64,000 nucleotides of DNA. It comes from Tubiluchus corallicola. Taxonomy: Eukaryota > Animalia > Priapulida. The stretch lies in the NCBI GenBank assembly GCA_030141605.1, contig JAQGDQ010000048.1, positions 1 through 64,000 on the forward strand, read 5' to 3'. Made by a program: the position numbers and the translations under genes. How positions within the stretch are numbered: the first letter of the stretch is position 1; every line of letters begins with the position of its first letter. This document shows positions 39,560 to 53,085 of this stretch, piece after piece. The notes beneath the pieces are model-generated. The model saw nothing but the letters and a program-made list of their open reading frames with translations, made no database searches and was not told where the DNA came from.

Positions 39560-40675
39560 CTGGAATAGAATCATAAAAATCAATAGCGCTCAATAAACAG
39601 CCATAATAGTTGTGATAAAAATAATATGCTTGACCTGAATATTACCAAAACCTGCAAAGAAAGTCTCTCAAAGGACTATTTGCTGTTTTGTTACGAAATA
39701 TGTTGTCCTGTAGTCATGGGATGATTCTGTTAAATGCTGGTAGAATAGGCCTGGGGGCCTGCAGCATGCGTAGGATTAAGCCCAAGATTCTGGCTTCACA
39801 CGAATGATAAATTAGAGATGTTCTTTGAATATTGTTATTGGAAATGCCTAAACGGTTTTATCTTTGGTATTGACTTCGAGACGGTATTGTGAATTATACT
39901 ATTCTTGATTGCTACAAAATGTTCGCAAGGCAAATTAAAATGATTTTAATTCTTTCAATTGTGCTGTAGGCTAAATTCTGTAAATTTCGTTTTATTAAAG
40001 CAACCCGTAATAAATTTTGGCGCTAATTTCGTCATTTCAAGATCACTAACTTTTAACAACAAGATAAATTTTTGGCCCATATAGGTAAATTAATGAAAAT
40101 AGCTAGATAAGTGAATAAATACGTCTTTAGTTCATGGTAATTTTTAATTCCAATCAAAACGCATTTCATTATTAATTTTTCCTTCGTTATCATGTTGACA
40201 TAATTCGATTTTTCATCAAGTATACAATGCCGGGGTTTTTTATGCACAGGTTGCACGAACAGTTACTGATGTGCAATCTGGTAAAGTTCGATCGATTATT
40301 TATAAGTAGATTATCTTTCGACGAAAAGTCTTTCTTAAATTTTGAATAGGTTCGTTGTTCGTTATTTTCACCTGTGTTGCCTGTTTCTTTTCACAATACA
40401 TTCCTTCCAGTTAATTTTATAGTTTGTTTGTGGTTTTTCCTATAATGCATGTAAAATGGTTTGGTTTGATCGACCCGTTGCCGTTCCCAAATGTGAAAAA
40501 ATTCCAGGTAGAGTAAAACGTGCACGTTATAATTAGAACAATAAACAGAAAAAATATTGACACCTATTTATAATCCTTCTTTGGCTTGCAGCAGTTTTTG
40601 TGATTTCTGATTTTGGAACTATGCGTGGCCTACAATGGTGAAGTTTTGTGGAAAAAAGATAGGGTAGGGGTTTAC

Positions 40676-40798
40676 CTGATTTTGTTGGAAGTCGTAGTCA
40701 AGTTTCCATTGTAGTCGCCCAAGTTTAACCTCGGACTTTGTGCTTTCTAGTTCTTCCTGTTCCATATTCCCTTCCAACTCTTCCATGTCTGGTTGTAT
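40676..40798 (-). CDS. Syt1: Synaptotagmin-1 exon 4 (linker/start of C2A); alternative acceptor at 40813
   Basis: IQPDMEELEGNMEQEELESTKSEVKLGRLQWKLDYDFQQNQ. Confidence 0.92.
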
Positions 40799-43700
40799 CT
40801 GTTGAACAATCAGCTGAAAACAAATATTAATAGCAAGATATTATTAATATGTAGCATTAGCATGAGCGTGAAGATTAACATTTACGGATGAGCTGAATAG
40901 CATTACCAGATTTGTAGCTAGTCATTGTATAAATCAGCTAGTCAGAAGGGCCTACTGGTTTAAATGTAGAGTCGTCCAGAAAATTGAATTGAATTGAAGC
41001 TTTCATTGCAGAACTAATGTCCCATATTACAATACGCGTTTTTTCTACACGGAGTTCAGGCACTGAGCAAAAAGCGGACATTTTTGGAGCTTTTTCAGTA
41101 GCCGATCCTAGATGTACTATGTAGAAAACACGTGCTAGCGGCATTGGGTGGGCCTTAGAGGGAACTTTACAGATCTTTGGAAAGAGGAGGAACTGGGATA
41201 CACGATCACATGTGCTTTTTATACATACGCCCCCAGCAGGATGAAGGGCTCCGAGTTAGGTCATAAGTCATTTATTTCATTCAGTTAGTTTGGGGGGAAC
41301 GGTTTTCTGGACAGAAAACAGAGATATAAAGCAATTCTATTAAGTAGGCTTAAATGGTTGTTTTCTATACAATTTTCTTATTTGAATTTAGTCCATGCCT
41401 AATAAATTTTCGTTCGTGAAAATAAAAGTTTGGTTTCGTTTGGTGCAAATAATTCATCACAGCAGCAATGATACACTACTTAGTACCGTCAAAGACCACC
41501 AATAATACTGACTAGTATACACGCAATCACATCAATATCAATATCACATCAAATAAAGAACAAAGAAAACTGTTGTATCTGTAAAAATTAAAAATGAGAA
41601 AATAAATTGCAATTAGTCAATTAGAAAAGACATAAACGCCAAACAACAAGCAGCTTGATAATTTATGGAAAATGATCACAATGGAGTTGATGCAAACAAC
41701 AGTTCAAAATGCACCTACTTGTTAAAAATTATTTGATTTTGAAAAATCAAATTTAAAACAGGAAAATGGTGTTTTCATATTTCAGAACACTTCCAAACAA
41801 TCGCGAGAAAGAAATTTGTAACAGTATGTACTAAAATCATGCATAATGTTGTCTGATTAAGTAGTGCGTAAATATATATATAATATATTCATATAATATA
41901 TGTATATTATATATATATTCTTTAAACACTTACAATAAAAATTGTAGCTTGCACGAACAATATCAAGAAGTATAGGCTTTTAATACTGCAAATTTTAATA
42001 TACATAATTTATAATGATAAGCATACATAAGTGATCACTCCTTAAGTGAAGATATAGACTTAAAAACGTTAACGCATTATAAATTGCAGATGTTTACTAA
42101 GTTGTTGATAAGAGTAATTGTTATTGTTGCTTTATTCAAGTTCATTTACACTAGTGATTTGATATCACTTTATTTAGTTTATTAATTTGCCTAAGAATTA
42201 TTTTCACTTCTGCAACTAATTTCCACCCATGCTACAGCAATAATAATAATAGTAATAGAAAAAGAGTAACCGTGCAATAGCTGCCAATAAAACCTGCGTG
42301 TCGAAAACACACTGAAAATATAGAATAAAAATCAACAACATCAAGCAGCCAAGAAAATAGTAAGCATAAAGAGTTATAATGCTGAAAGTAGATCATATTG
42401 CATGCTGCAATAGAATTTTACCTTATTTGTACAATAGTTACAAGCAGTAACCATGGAAACTTGCGGTCAATGGTTCAACGTTTGCAAAGCAAAATAATTA
42501 TCGCAAGATTAGATTTGTTAAATAAGACTAATTGGCTACATAACGCGGATGATTTTGAGTTTATCTCAGGGATACACTGTTGTAAACAACGGATGAATGC
42601 AATTTGGCGCCACCTATCTGCTAACCTACGTTAAAATGCATAGCATGTATTAAATACCACTATAGAATAATATGGACGCCAATAACCACAGAAAACGTAA
42701 ACACAGATGATGTAGTTAATTATTAATGCTACGTAATAATAATTATTCAATGGTCACCGTGCAACTTAAAACATTCGCCGATGATATCCTATAATCAGAT
42801 GAGCTCCAGTTCTTATTAATGTGTAGCTATTTTACCCTAAATCATTTTTAGAAATGAACAAAGACGAAAAAATAACTCGACAAAATATTCTCTTCTTTCA
42901 TTGCTTTTACGTTCTTCGTGACTTGATAAAATTTATAGGCGCTTATTATAGCCATTTTAGACCTATCATAATTCCTTTTATTTTAAAGCAAAGTGGAAGT
43001 AACGGGATGCTACCGTTATAATAATCCCAATGCCCATGCCCCTAAAGCACTATTTTCATGATAAAGTATGCATAAAGTATGAAGTTTTATAGTTGTTCAA
43101 TTCTTCCAAATTGAAATTAATGAATTAACTGATTACGATTGTTCTAATTATGCTTGTTTCGCATTTATACAAAGTTTACTTAGCTAATAACATAGATAAA
43201 TTAGTAGATAAAATACAGACAGTGGATAAAATATTTTATTCTAGTTAATGTATGAATTATAACACCAATGCCTTGGTTAAAACACTAATAATAAATGCAA
43301 TCGATAACAAATGTCATTAACAAATTGCGACTCAAGGACTCGGACAAGTCTTGGACTCGGAGAATACCTCATTTTATAGCATATTAAAAAGTGTGATTCA
43401 TTTCTATTGGTTAGTTCCAAGTGTAACTTCTTTTATCAATGGCTTCAAAATTGGGCTATGTGGAAAGTGATAGAATGTGTAGGCTGTAGCGCACTCATGT
43501 CAGAACAAACATGCTTAGCCTTCCCCAGATCAATGAGATTTCTGGTGAACAACAAGGCAGCGTTCATATTGATTTTCTTATTAGATTGACTAAGCGGCAG
43601 GCGGCAGTGTGAATAGATGAACCCCTAAGAGTGCAATGCAACGTGTACTGTACGTGCTCGATAATAACGCCAGTTTCATCACCTTAATTTGGTTAATATA

Positions 43701-44483
43701 TGCCAGAAACGAAACGTGAAAATCCAGCTTACGTCAAGTTTTATTTTTGTCTTCTAGGTGTAAGTGCTTGTAGGTTCAGCCTTGGATTTGATATTTATTT
43801 AAACGGGCTAAATGTGAAGCCATGCATGCAGGTTCAGGAAAAATCATGTCCTTTATCATCACCTGCTTTCCATTTAGAACTTGAATTCGTCTGTCTTGCG
43901 TTTTGGTATACCTGCCTTAATCACGCCCATAAAATGATGAAATTGGAACTTTAATTTCTCCTAATTAGTATTTATGTCGCAGTCAGGTGCAGAACTGTGC
44001 TCATAAATTGCAGAAGAAAAGGTCAGAATAACTTCGCCAATTCAGTTCACATCCAAGGAGTGGAGAGTAAAGGGCATTATTGAAATGTTGGGTGACGAAC
44101 ACATTTTACTAAAGATTATTTTTGTAAAGAGATAAATAAAATAACGAAGTCAAAAAAAGTTGTTGATTTAGGGTCAATATTTCGAGAATTGTTTCATTTT
44201 CAGGTCTTCATTAATATATTATGGTCCTGAATATGAAATAATTTTTGAAATACTGATAAAAATTTTAAACCGTAACTTCGTTTTTTGCTTAGCCTTGGTT
44301 GAAGTACGTAATTTTTAGTAAATTTGACATCTTTATTTTGGATTTTATACAAATAGAAACAAAATATCACTTGAAACGGCTGTGACTATATTAGCTACAC
44401 TTTATAAGAATATTTGGCTAAATTTTAATCCCATTTTGAAATTCATTAATAATTATTTAAAATGGGCAAGTTTAATTGCCTAC

Positions 44484-44674
44484 CTTTTCTTTGTACTCTT
44501 TTCCTAAAAGCTGTACGCTTTTCAAGTCTACAGCTCCTTTCAGCCCCTTTTTAGTTAGGGCCTCTTTTCGCTTGCGCCACTTTTTCAATATCCACCTTTT
44601 GCAACACCAGATAAAGCAGAGCAAGAAGACGAGGCACACAGCTACTACAATAGCTATAATAGCTCCTCTTGACA
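44484..44674 (-). CDS. Syt1: Synaptotagmin-1 exon 3 (transmembrane helix, Cys cluster, basic juxtamembrane)
   Basis: SRGAIIAIVVAVCLVFLLCFIWCCKRWILKKWRKRK...KKGLKGAVDLKSVQLLGKEYKEK. Confidence 0.94.
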
Positions 44675-45437
44675 CTGAAATAATAATCAATTCGAAATTA
44701 TTATTATGTTTAAGTTATACATAAATTAGCAAAAAAATAACTCGTGATCTATTGACGATATAATTAATAATGATTTATAATTGGCAGATCTATTGCCTAT
44801 AGTAAATAATGTGTAAGGTTGAGAAGAATTCATATATCGATAACAAACTCTTACTTAAGTTGGGTTTCTTGGTGCAGTGGGAACCTGTCAGGATTATCAT
44901 TAAGTGTTCATAATAAAACGTTATTAAATGAAATTTTCTGAAGCCACAACTGTCACTATTACGTTTCCTGTGTATGCAAAGGCCAATTGGCCTTATTGCC
45001 AAAGACTGTAAATGAGTTGTCTGATGAAATGAACTATTAGTAAACTTTTGACATTTTGTATTCCATTTACAACACAAACCTAATTACCCATGTATAGTGT
45101 TACATCAAACCCCACAATAAAAAACTTTATTAAAATCAACGTTTGTGGTGCACACTAGCAACTATCATATGGCAGCAAAAATAATGTTAAATTTCACATA
45201 AATACACAAACATCATTTTGAAATATGCAAAAAAGTAAGCATTATGACAAGAATACTATAGAATATTTCTACAGTACAGTATATTTTTACTTCTGTGTTT
45301 GTTATGTAACAGTATTAGCGGCAGTAATATACATTCATGTATTATGTCCGCATGGTTTTATGCAAAAGAAATAGTTTTTGTCAATGGTAATTCAAAATAT
45401 GTTTATAATTGCAGAACTGATTCCTTTGATTACTTAC

Positions 45438-45596
45438 AGCCTAGCTGATCCTCAAGTTTCTTCATTGCATCATCAGCGGCATTGGCTAGCTTCTCTTTAG
45501 TACTCAATTCAGTCGTCGTAACTTCTGCTTCAGACACAGGCATAGGCTGGTTGACATTTTCTAAAGCATTCGTTTCTGTGTTGTCTGGCTTCGTTT
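45438..45596 (-). CDS. Syt1: Synaptotagmin-1 exon 2 (luminal domain)
   Basis: 159-nt open exon, phase 1/1, strong GTAAGT donor; TKPDNTETNALE...KEKLANAADDAMKKLEDQLG. Confidence 0.8.
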
Positions 45597-46205
45597 CTTT
45601 AAAAGTAGAGAAAAATCTTATTAGGGAAACGATGTACAGTATATGCCTATTTTTTATTTTTTCTGTTACACAATATAGTTAAAAATGCCACTAAATGATA
45701 CTCATTGCAGTAAGGACTTCAATAATAATCAATTTATGTGATGAAGAAATGCAAATATGCTAGATAAACTTATTAGTTTTAATAAATAAACACTTAGTTT
45801 ATACTTGTCTGCGAAATTATTATATCGAATTTCGATGAATATGAAAATCGCCCCTTTATTTCAAATCCGATGTAAATAAAATTCGCAAAACATTTTTTTT
45901 TAATTTTACAGCAGTAAAGTTCTAATAAAATCTTATTTAAAGCTGACTTTATCGTAAAAAACTGTTTTATATGTGTAACTTGTATTGTACAAATAGACAA
46001 GATACTGTAGTGATATTATAAATTTATGCGGTAATGGCAAGTGAACTTCATTACTGAACATTTCATAGTAGCGTAAACAATCTCCCAATCGTACAATTAT
46101 CAGTACATATAAGTAGCGTCAATCAGCAAATGCAGCTGCAATTAAAAGGTTTCAAGAAACCTAAAATAGCAGACAGGTGAATGCTGTTCCGTCTGGTACC
46201 AGTCT

Positions 46206-46234
46206 TTTCTCCTCCCTCTCTCTCTCTCTCTCTT

Positions 46235-46282
<48 letters not shown>

Positions 46283-46300
46283 TCTCTTATCTTCTGTCTC
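46206..46300. repeat. (TC)n microsatellite flanking a LINE
   Basis: Direct inspection. Confidence 0.9.
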
Positions 46301-47601
46301 TAGTAAACTTTTAGAAATTGTTGTATTGACTCGTTATGCCGATTGTTTACCTGCCACACCCAACCAGTTTGGTTATGTGGAGAACTTGGGTACTGAGTTA
46401 TGTATTAACATGTTAAAAGAAGTAGTAGACTATTATATAGACCGCCAGAGTACTGTACATATAATGTTTTTAGACGCCTCCAAAGCCTTCGATAGAATTA
46501 ATTATTTTAAACTGTTTTTAAAACTCATTGAAACTGAGATGCCAAATGTTGTTGTTCGTTTACTTGTTTTTTAGTACACCCATCAAGGCATGCTGGTGAG
46601 ATGGGACAATTATAACTCTGAGATTTTTAAAGTTGGCAATGGTGTACGGCAGGGAGGAAAGATGTCCCTTCTTCTGTTTAACTGTGAAGTTAGTGAAAAT
46701 CTAGCCTCTAGTAATCTTGGATGTCAAATTGCAAATATTTATTACAATCATTTGACATATGCTGACGATATTTGCCTATTAAGTACCACGACAACTGCTC
46801 TGATGAAATTATGTGATATATATGTTGATTATGCAGCAAAATTTGATATTTTAATTAATGTTGACAAAACTAAGCTTCTGACTATAACGTCTTCCATTAT
46901 GAGCAACTTTGAGTTCGGAACAGTAAAGTTAGCTGGATCGGTTATTGAGCCTTGTGATAATGAAAAATATCTTGGTCACATCATTTCTAGGGACAACAGA
47001 GACGATCTAGATATCATACGACAAGTAGGCATTTATTACTCTCGAGCAAATAAGCTATGCCGTAAATTTTACTATTACACCAATGCTGTAAAAAAACGTC
47101 TATTCAATACTTATTGTAATAGCTTCTACTGTATAGCCACCTGGCTGCATTTTCATAATTATAATCTGAACAAACTTAAGGTTGCTCATAATAAATCAAT
47201 GCGAAAATTTTTCAATTATCAGTTCGATCACAGTGCCAGGGACATTTCTGTGCCGCATAAATTAGTGTACTTTGATGTTATTTACAGGAAAAGCATTTAC
47301 AGTCTGGATACTAGAATTTCAAACAGTAAAAACTTGTTGAGTAGAACGATAATCGCTAGTGATACTTTATTTACTTCCAGTATAAGAAAGATTTGGAGAA
47401 TGAAATTGTATGCTTAATTTTTACATATTCATTGATATAATGATTGAAGCAATGCGAAATGTTATTATTATTATTATTATTTTTTGTAATGTTGTTTTTG
47501 TGTTGTGTTTACATTGTGTGCTTTGTGTCGTTTATTTACATGTATTTTTGTTGTATATATATGAACGAAAGTTTGAAATAAAGAAGTAAATCAAAATAAA
47601 T
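46301..47601 (+). mobile_element. 5'-truncated LINE (RT domain; tentatively RTE-X-like) in the first coding intron of Syt1, antisense to the gene
   Basis: FLDASKAFDRIN, GVRQGG, YADDICLL, EKYLGH motifs; one in-frame stop at ~46572-46574; AATAAA-containing 3' end. Confidence 0.9.
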
Positions 47602-47602
47602 C

Positions 47603-47633
<31 letters not shown>

Positions 47634-47855
47634 GTGTGTGTTGATGTAATCATTTTAATATGTTAGTTTTATATAGTTATATATTTTAATATAATATATT
47701 AAAAGTTCCTTTTAATATGTGATCCTTTTATTTTTAAAGCTGTATTGAGACAAAGTTTATTTAAAACTCTGCATTAACTTAATTAATAGTCTTTGATATA
47801 TCCAAACCTGTAATTAATAATATTGATAGTGAAGTTTTTAATCGCCAATTAGCCA

Positions 47856-48016
<161 letters not shown>

Positions 48017-48328
48017 TACGAACTTCTTATTTAGGAATAATTTCTGTATTGTTGTAAATTTGTAATGTTGTCTCAAATGCTTTGTTTGTCTGTGTGCAAA
48101 TAATGAATGTAACTTCATTGTATCTGCAAATAGAGGAAAATAAAGAATTATAATAATAATCTGTTGATGGTCTTGGAATTGTCTTGGGTTTGCGAATGAA
48201 GATGGTTACAATGCATAAGACAATAAAAAATATAATTTATCTTCGTATGTTCTAGGTTCTTGGATAAAATGAATTCAGAGTAAGCCTCATCAGAATATAT
48301 ATCAAAATAAAGATAAAGTATTTTTCAC

Positions 48329-48458
48329 CTGGTACTTCTATGGACTGATCTTCCACATTTGACGCTAAGGCGTCATCCGTTTTGGGTATTCCAGGCATTT
48401 GTTCCACCTCTCTTTTCCACCGGGATATAGATACACCGCTCAATGATAAAGATGGCAT
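48329..48458 (-). CDS. Syt1: Synaptotagmin-1 probable first coding exon
   Basis: ttgcag|acaaaATG; MPSLSLSGVSISRWKREVEQMPGIPKTDDALASNVEDQSIEVP; phase-1 donor fits the next exon; full CDS 1392 nt in frame. Confidence 0.72.
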
Positions 48459-48601
48459 TTTGTCTGCAACATAACATATCCTAAGTGAATCTCTGTTTGT
48501 ATCATGTCGACAACATTGGTGAGATGTTTGGTTACAAACAACACTGACATTGACACCCAAACCAATAATACTGTGGATACATTTAGTGATGCTTGTATTC
48601 T

Positions 48602-48658
48602 TATGATGATGATGATGGTGATGATGATGATGACGATGATGATGACGATGATGATGAC
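48602..48658. repeat. (ATG)n microsatellite
   Basis: Direct inspection. Confidence 0.9.
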
Positions 48659-49161
48659 GTTATTAGTTGTAACCTGCTACACCCTTCAAAGGCATTATAA
48701 ATAGAGTTACAATTATAAACCTAGAGTTATTTGTTGCGTAACGACGTTGTTCTAGCCTTGTAATCTCTAGTTTGTCATAATCCAATAATTGTCTTGCATT
48801 TCATGCGAGCGTTGCAGTAATGTCAATAAAGTCCATCACTTTGCTTCTTATATTCCATAAATGGTACTGGGAAAGTAACTGGTATGGATCGACTGGCCAG
48901 ACTGGGAGCTTTTATGATTGAACCATGCAATTGCGGCTTCCTACATTGCGCACACTGGTATTACACGCAAGATTATTTGACTAGAAGTCATCACGTCGTA
49001 TGGCGAAACCTTTTGAATGCAGAGCAGACAGCAGTACCAATGGGACCAGCCACTTGCAATTATATCAGTAAGATCATATTTGTTTCGCGATACTTCCAAT
49101 CAGATTATTCTGTTAATACAGTACTGTCGATTTCAGACAAAACCATATCTGTGTTTGCAAA

Positions 49162-49311
49162 GATATGGCACTCCTATATATATTAAATTATTATTCAAGT
49201 CATAGAAACTGAGCAACACTTAATAGTACTCGTATAGACTTGACAGAGAAGTGTCACTGGTAAACTTATGTTTCATGAAAATAGTTTTCTTTGCTTAATA
49301 TGGTAAGTTTT
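49162..49311 (+). repeat. ~150-bp direct repeat, copy 1
   Basis: Near identical to 50724-50871. Confidence 0.9.
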
Positions 49312-50531
49312 AGAACTGCTTGTACTATGCTATGCGTGTTTCCACTAAAAATACCCACTCGCTGCAACAAGTAGCTACAAGTCGTTTAATAATTGTAGTT
49401 CTACTTGCAGAGTTGTCTGCGCATCAACACATAGGATGCAACAAACCTTCCTCTTAAAGATGGTGGTCTTTCACGAGGTTCTTTGGTTTTCACATTATTG
49501 CGGCCTTTGGATTTCCAGTTTGCATTGTGGTTTGAGAAGGGGGAACAAAAATCTGACTGACTAAATGCAGGAATTTCTTTATTTTTTCATCATTATTCCA
49601 ATTCAGTTATTGTATTTCAGTTGCTTCAAGAGCGAAAACTGCAATTTGAAAAACATGTAACTCCAAGGTTTGCAAATCTTTAATGATTTCATTTGAATCC
49701 CTTATAACGGAAAGCCAGCATCTTTACAGAACAAGACATCTAATCACCTCACGTTTAACTTCACTTGCGATTGCAGTTGGAAAAAATCTTGTTATTGATT
49801 GCGCAGAATACATTTTTACTCCTTGTAAGAACAAACAGGAAACGCGATGGTGAAAAAATGCTCACACAAAAGCATCTCACAAAAACGGTGGTAAACAGAA
49901 CAAAATGCGATGTCATTTTCCTCCTAATATTGGATATTAAAGTTATAGAATGTCACTATGGAAACCCACGCCTATTATCTAAATTTGAAGTGCATGTATC
50001 ATGTTAAAATACATTTTATTGGTTTCATAATGTATTTCTCGTCGAGAGATATACATTACGAGGTCTATTAACTTTTTTCCGGTGCGTTTACTTAGATCAG
50101 TTTGTGCTTGTGGCATTTAAATGCTTTATTTCATTATTTTGTATGCATTGTTTGTATGGCTTCGTCGTTTGAAGTGTTCATACACCAGCGTAACGACGTT
50201 CTCTATCATGACACTTAAATAATCGCTTTGAAACGTTTTCACTTGAGTTTTGATCTTTTAATTTTCTCCGCGAAAGCTCGTCAAGTTCATTTAAAGTTTC
50301 GTGATACACGTTACAGTCTTGTAACTGCCTTGGGAATGCTGCCATAAAAGTTCTATAGGATTAAGAATTTGCAGCAGTTAATTTTGATTGGCTCATTTAT
50401 GAAAGGCCAAAAGGAATGTAGACTAGAGTAAGGATATAGAGTATAAGAATGTAGACTGCAAGAATAAGAATGACATATCTCGCATATATGCAAGAGGTAT
50501 TAGATCACGCCCACGACCACCCAACTGCGTT

Positions 50532-50536
<5 letters not shown>

Positions 50537-50594
<58 letters not shown>

Positions 50595-50611
50595 GCGCAC
50601 GCGCGCACGCA

Positions 50612-50643
<32 letters not shown>
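50537..50643. repeat. (AC)n/(ACGC)n microsatellite
   Basis: Direct inspection. Confidence 0.95.
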
Positions 50644-50723
50644 TATATATGCATTATGCATTATATTCAACCGTTAGTACTGCACGTTTTATATAATCAT
50701 GCACAACGTTCTATACCAAAGTT

Positions 50724-50871
50724 GATACGGCACTCCTATATATATTAAATTATTATTCAAGTCATAGAAACTAAGCAACACTTAATAGTACTCGTATACA
50801 CTTGACAGAAGTGTCATTGGTAAACTTATGTTTCATGAAAATAGTTTTCTTTGCTTAATGTGGTAAGTTTT
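50724..50871 (+). repeat. ~150-bp direct repeat, copy 2
   Basis: Near identical to 49162-49311. Confidence 0.9.
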
Positions 50872-52257
50872 CAGTCTATAAAGATAACCTACTTTATCTG
50901 TCTGTCCTCAGTCTGCTGAGCACTTTCCACTTTCCTTTTCCCTGCTTCTCCTCCCACTTTCCTGCTCTCTTCCTGGTCGCCACCTCCTCTTGGGCGCTTT
51001 TATATTGCGAAACCAGTGCTCTTATTTGTTCGCTTCGTAACACTGCGAAAAATGAATTATCGCTATTGTCACACAGTAATAAACTGAAACAAACTAAAAT
51101 TAATGTAATAAAAAATGGGAAATTATGGACAATGAGCAGCTACATCGGCTTAGTCGCTCAATGTGCGTTTATAAGTTATTGCTGTCATACTAGTTATGCT
51201 AAAGATAAACATCTTTAGATGATAAAGAAGTCTGTACACCGATGGCGCATAGTGTCGGATCACGAGGCCACAACTTGTGGCAACTTATGCGTCCCCCCTA
51301 GCATGCAGGCACACACATTTTACTAAGAGTTGTAAATTAGTCATACTTTTCAAATGTAGTTGAAAAAATTAAAAGTCGATAAAAAAACATGCATGCCTAT
51401 TGTTCAAAAACAAACTTTCTTGAATGCATTATAACTAAAAATAATTTTTGGAAAATTCGAAAACGGGACACACAAATAGCCAACCTCAAGGCCATAACCA
51501 TAAGTCATGTAAGTGCATAATACATCACTGAGAAAAAATTGCGAAACTCCTACAAGCTCTTGCTACGTTTATTATTTATATCATCCGATTTGTAAGTGAA
51601 CAGGAATGGGGAAGCTGAGTGGAGGTTGCTTGACCTGAATGCGCTTTTAAAATTCATTTTCGGTATGTTTATGGTGAAGAAATTAATAAGGACACGGGTA
51701 ATTTTACCCTAGAGACCGAATCCATCTTCTTATTTTTTAAACAAAAAGTACATAGGCCTACATGTATATATAACTTACATAAAAAATACAGTAATTCGCT
51801 AATCTTTGTATTTTAAAAATTAACCTGAAACTGTAGCAAACAAAAATGCAATTGAGAGGCGTTTCAGGTTGTGAAGCCCGAAACTATACCTTATTCAGCT
51901 GATACCTATAGATACGATACATTCCCGCATGAAGTAGAAAAAAATTAAGGCTATATTATTATAACAGAAGTTCTTGCATAAGAAAACGTATCAAACCGAC
52001 TTCACGCATTTATCGAATTTCACAAATGCCGTAATTGGCAATATTATTAGTCAATAATGTAAATTTAAAAGTCATAACAATTAAAATATTAAAAATGTTT
52101 TGATAATAAAAATATATTTTGGGTCATATTTTTGCAAGCTTACGAAACATTGGCTTCTTAGATGATTTAAATAAAGCCTAATGTGTTATCTAATACAGGT
52201 TTGCATGACAGTACGGTAGAAGATAAAACTTCAATATGGGAAAAATAATTCTCTTAC

Positions 52258-52575
52258 CTTAAAATAAAATCCAACTAAATTTCTCAAACACAAAAGAATG
52301 GAGTATATCAGTTCTAACAAAGCACTATAAAACTGAATTTATGTTATGATTTGTTCAAACATGATCATTTATTGTCCGTATTCCGTCCTTCTCCAAAACT
52401 GTACACTCTCCATTGCTTATTTCTCGATGCGGGGGAAAAATCAATAGATATGCTAATAAGAGCCGAATTGTGACCAGCTCGCTCATTGGCCGGCGGTGGA
52501 TGATCAATACAATAACCGGAAAGACAACAGCCTGTCGTGTTCGTGGTTAGAAAACCTGCCCTAGTGACGTAACTG
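52258..52575 (-). promoter_or_regulatory. Candidate Syt1 non-coding first exon and promoter
   Basis: Strong donor AAG|GTAAGAG at 52258; locally GC-richer stretch with CCAAT (~52485) and CRE-like TGACGTAA (52565-52572); the ATG exon has an acceptor, so an upstream exon is expected. Confidence 0.4.
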
Positions 52576-52683
52576 CAGTGATTAATCACAGCTATTATTT
52601 TCTCTGACAAGAAACCCAAGAAATATACTGAGACGATAGAAAATTCGAAGAAGTTAAAACTCAAAATCAATAGCTCCTCTCTT

Positions 52684-52684
<1 letters not shown>

Positions 52685-52779
<95 letters not shown>
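52685..52779. repeat. (CT)n microsatellite
   Basis: Direct inspection. Confidence 0.97.
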
Positions 52780-52782
<3 letters not shown>

Positions 52783-52971
52783 TCGCATTGTCCTTTCCGT
52801 CTGACTTTCCCTACCTGTCCCTTCCCTCATGAAAGCTAATCTTTAAACTGAAATGCTAACTATGGCGCAGGTCAGTAAAATGGTTAACCCTAGAAGTTAT
52901 GAAAATATAATCTCCCTACCTCTGTATAATCAAGTAACCAACTAGTAGCAACGTACTACTCAAGCAAAATA

Positions 52972-53020
52972 AGTCAGTCAGTCAGTCAGTCAGTCAGTCA
53001 GTCAGTCAGTCAGTCAGTCA

Positions 53021-53084
<64 letters not shown>

Positions 53085-53085
53085 G
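52972..53085. repeat. Compound (AGTC)n/(TGTC)n microsatellite
   Basis: Direct inspection. Confidence 0.95.
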
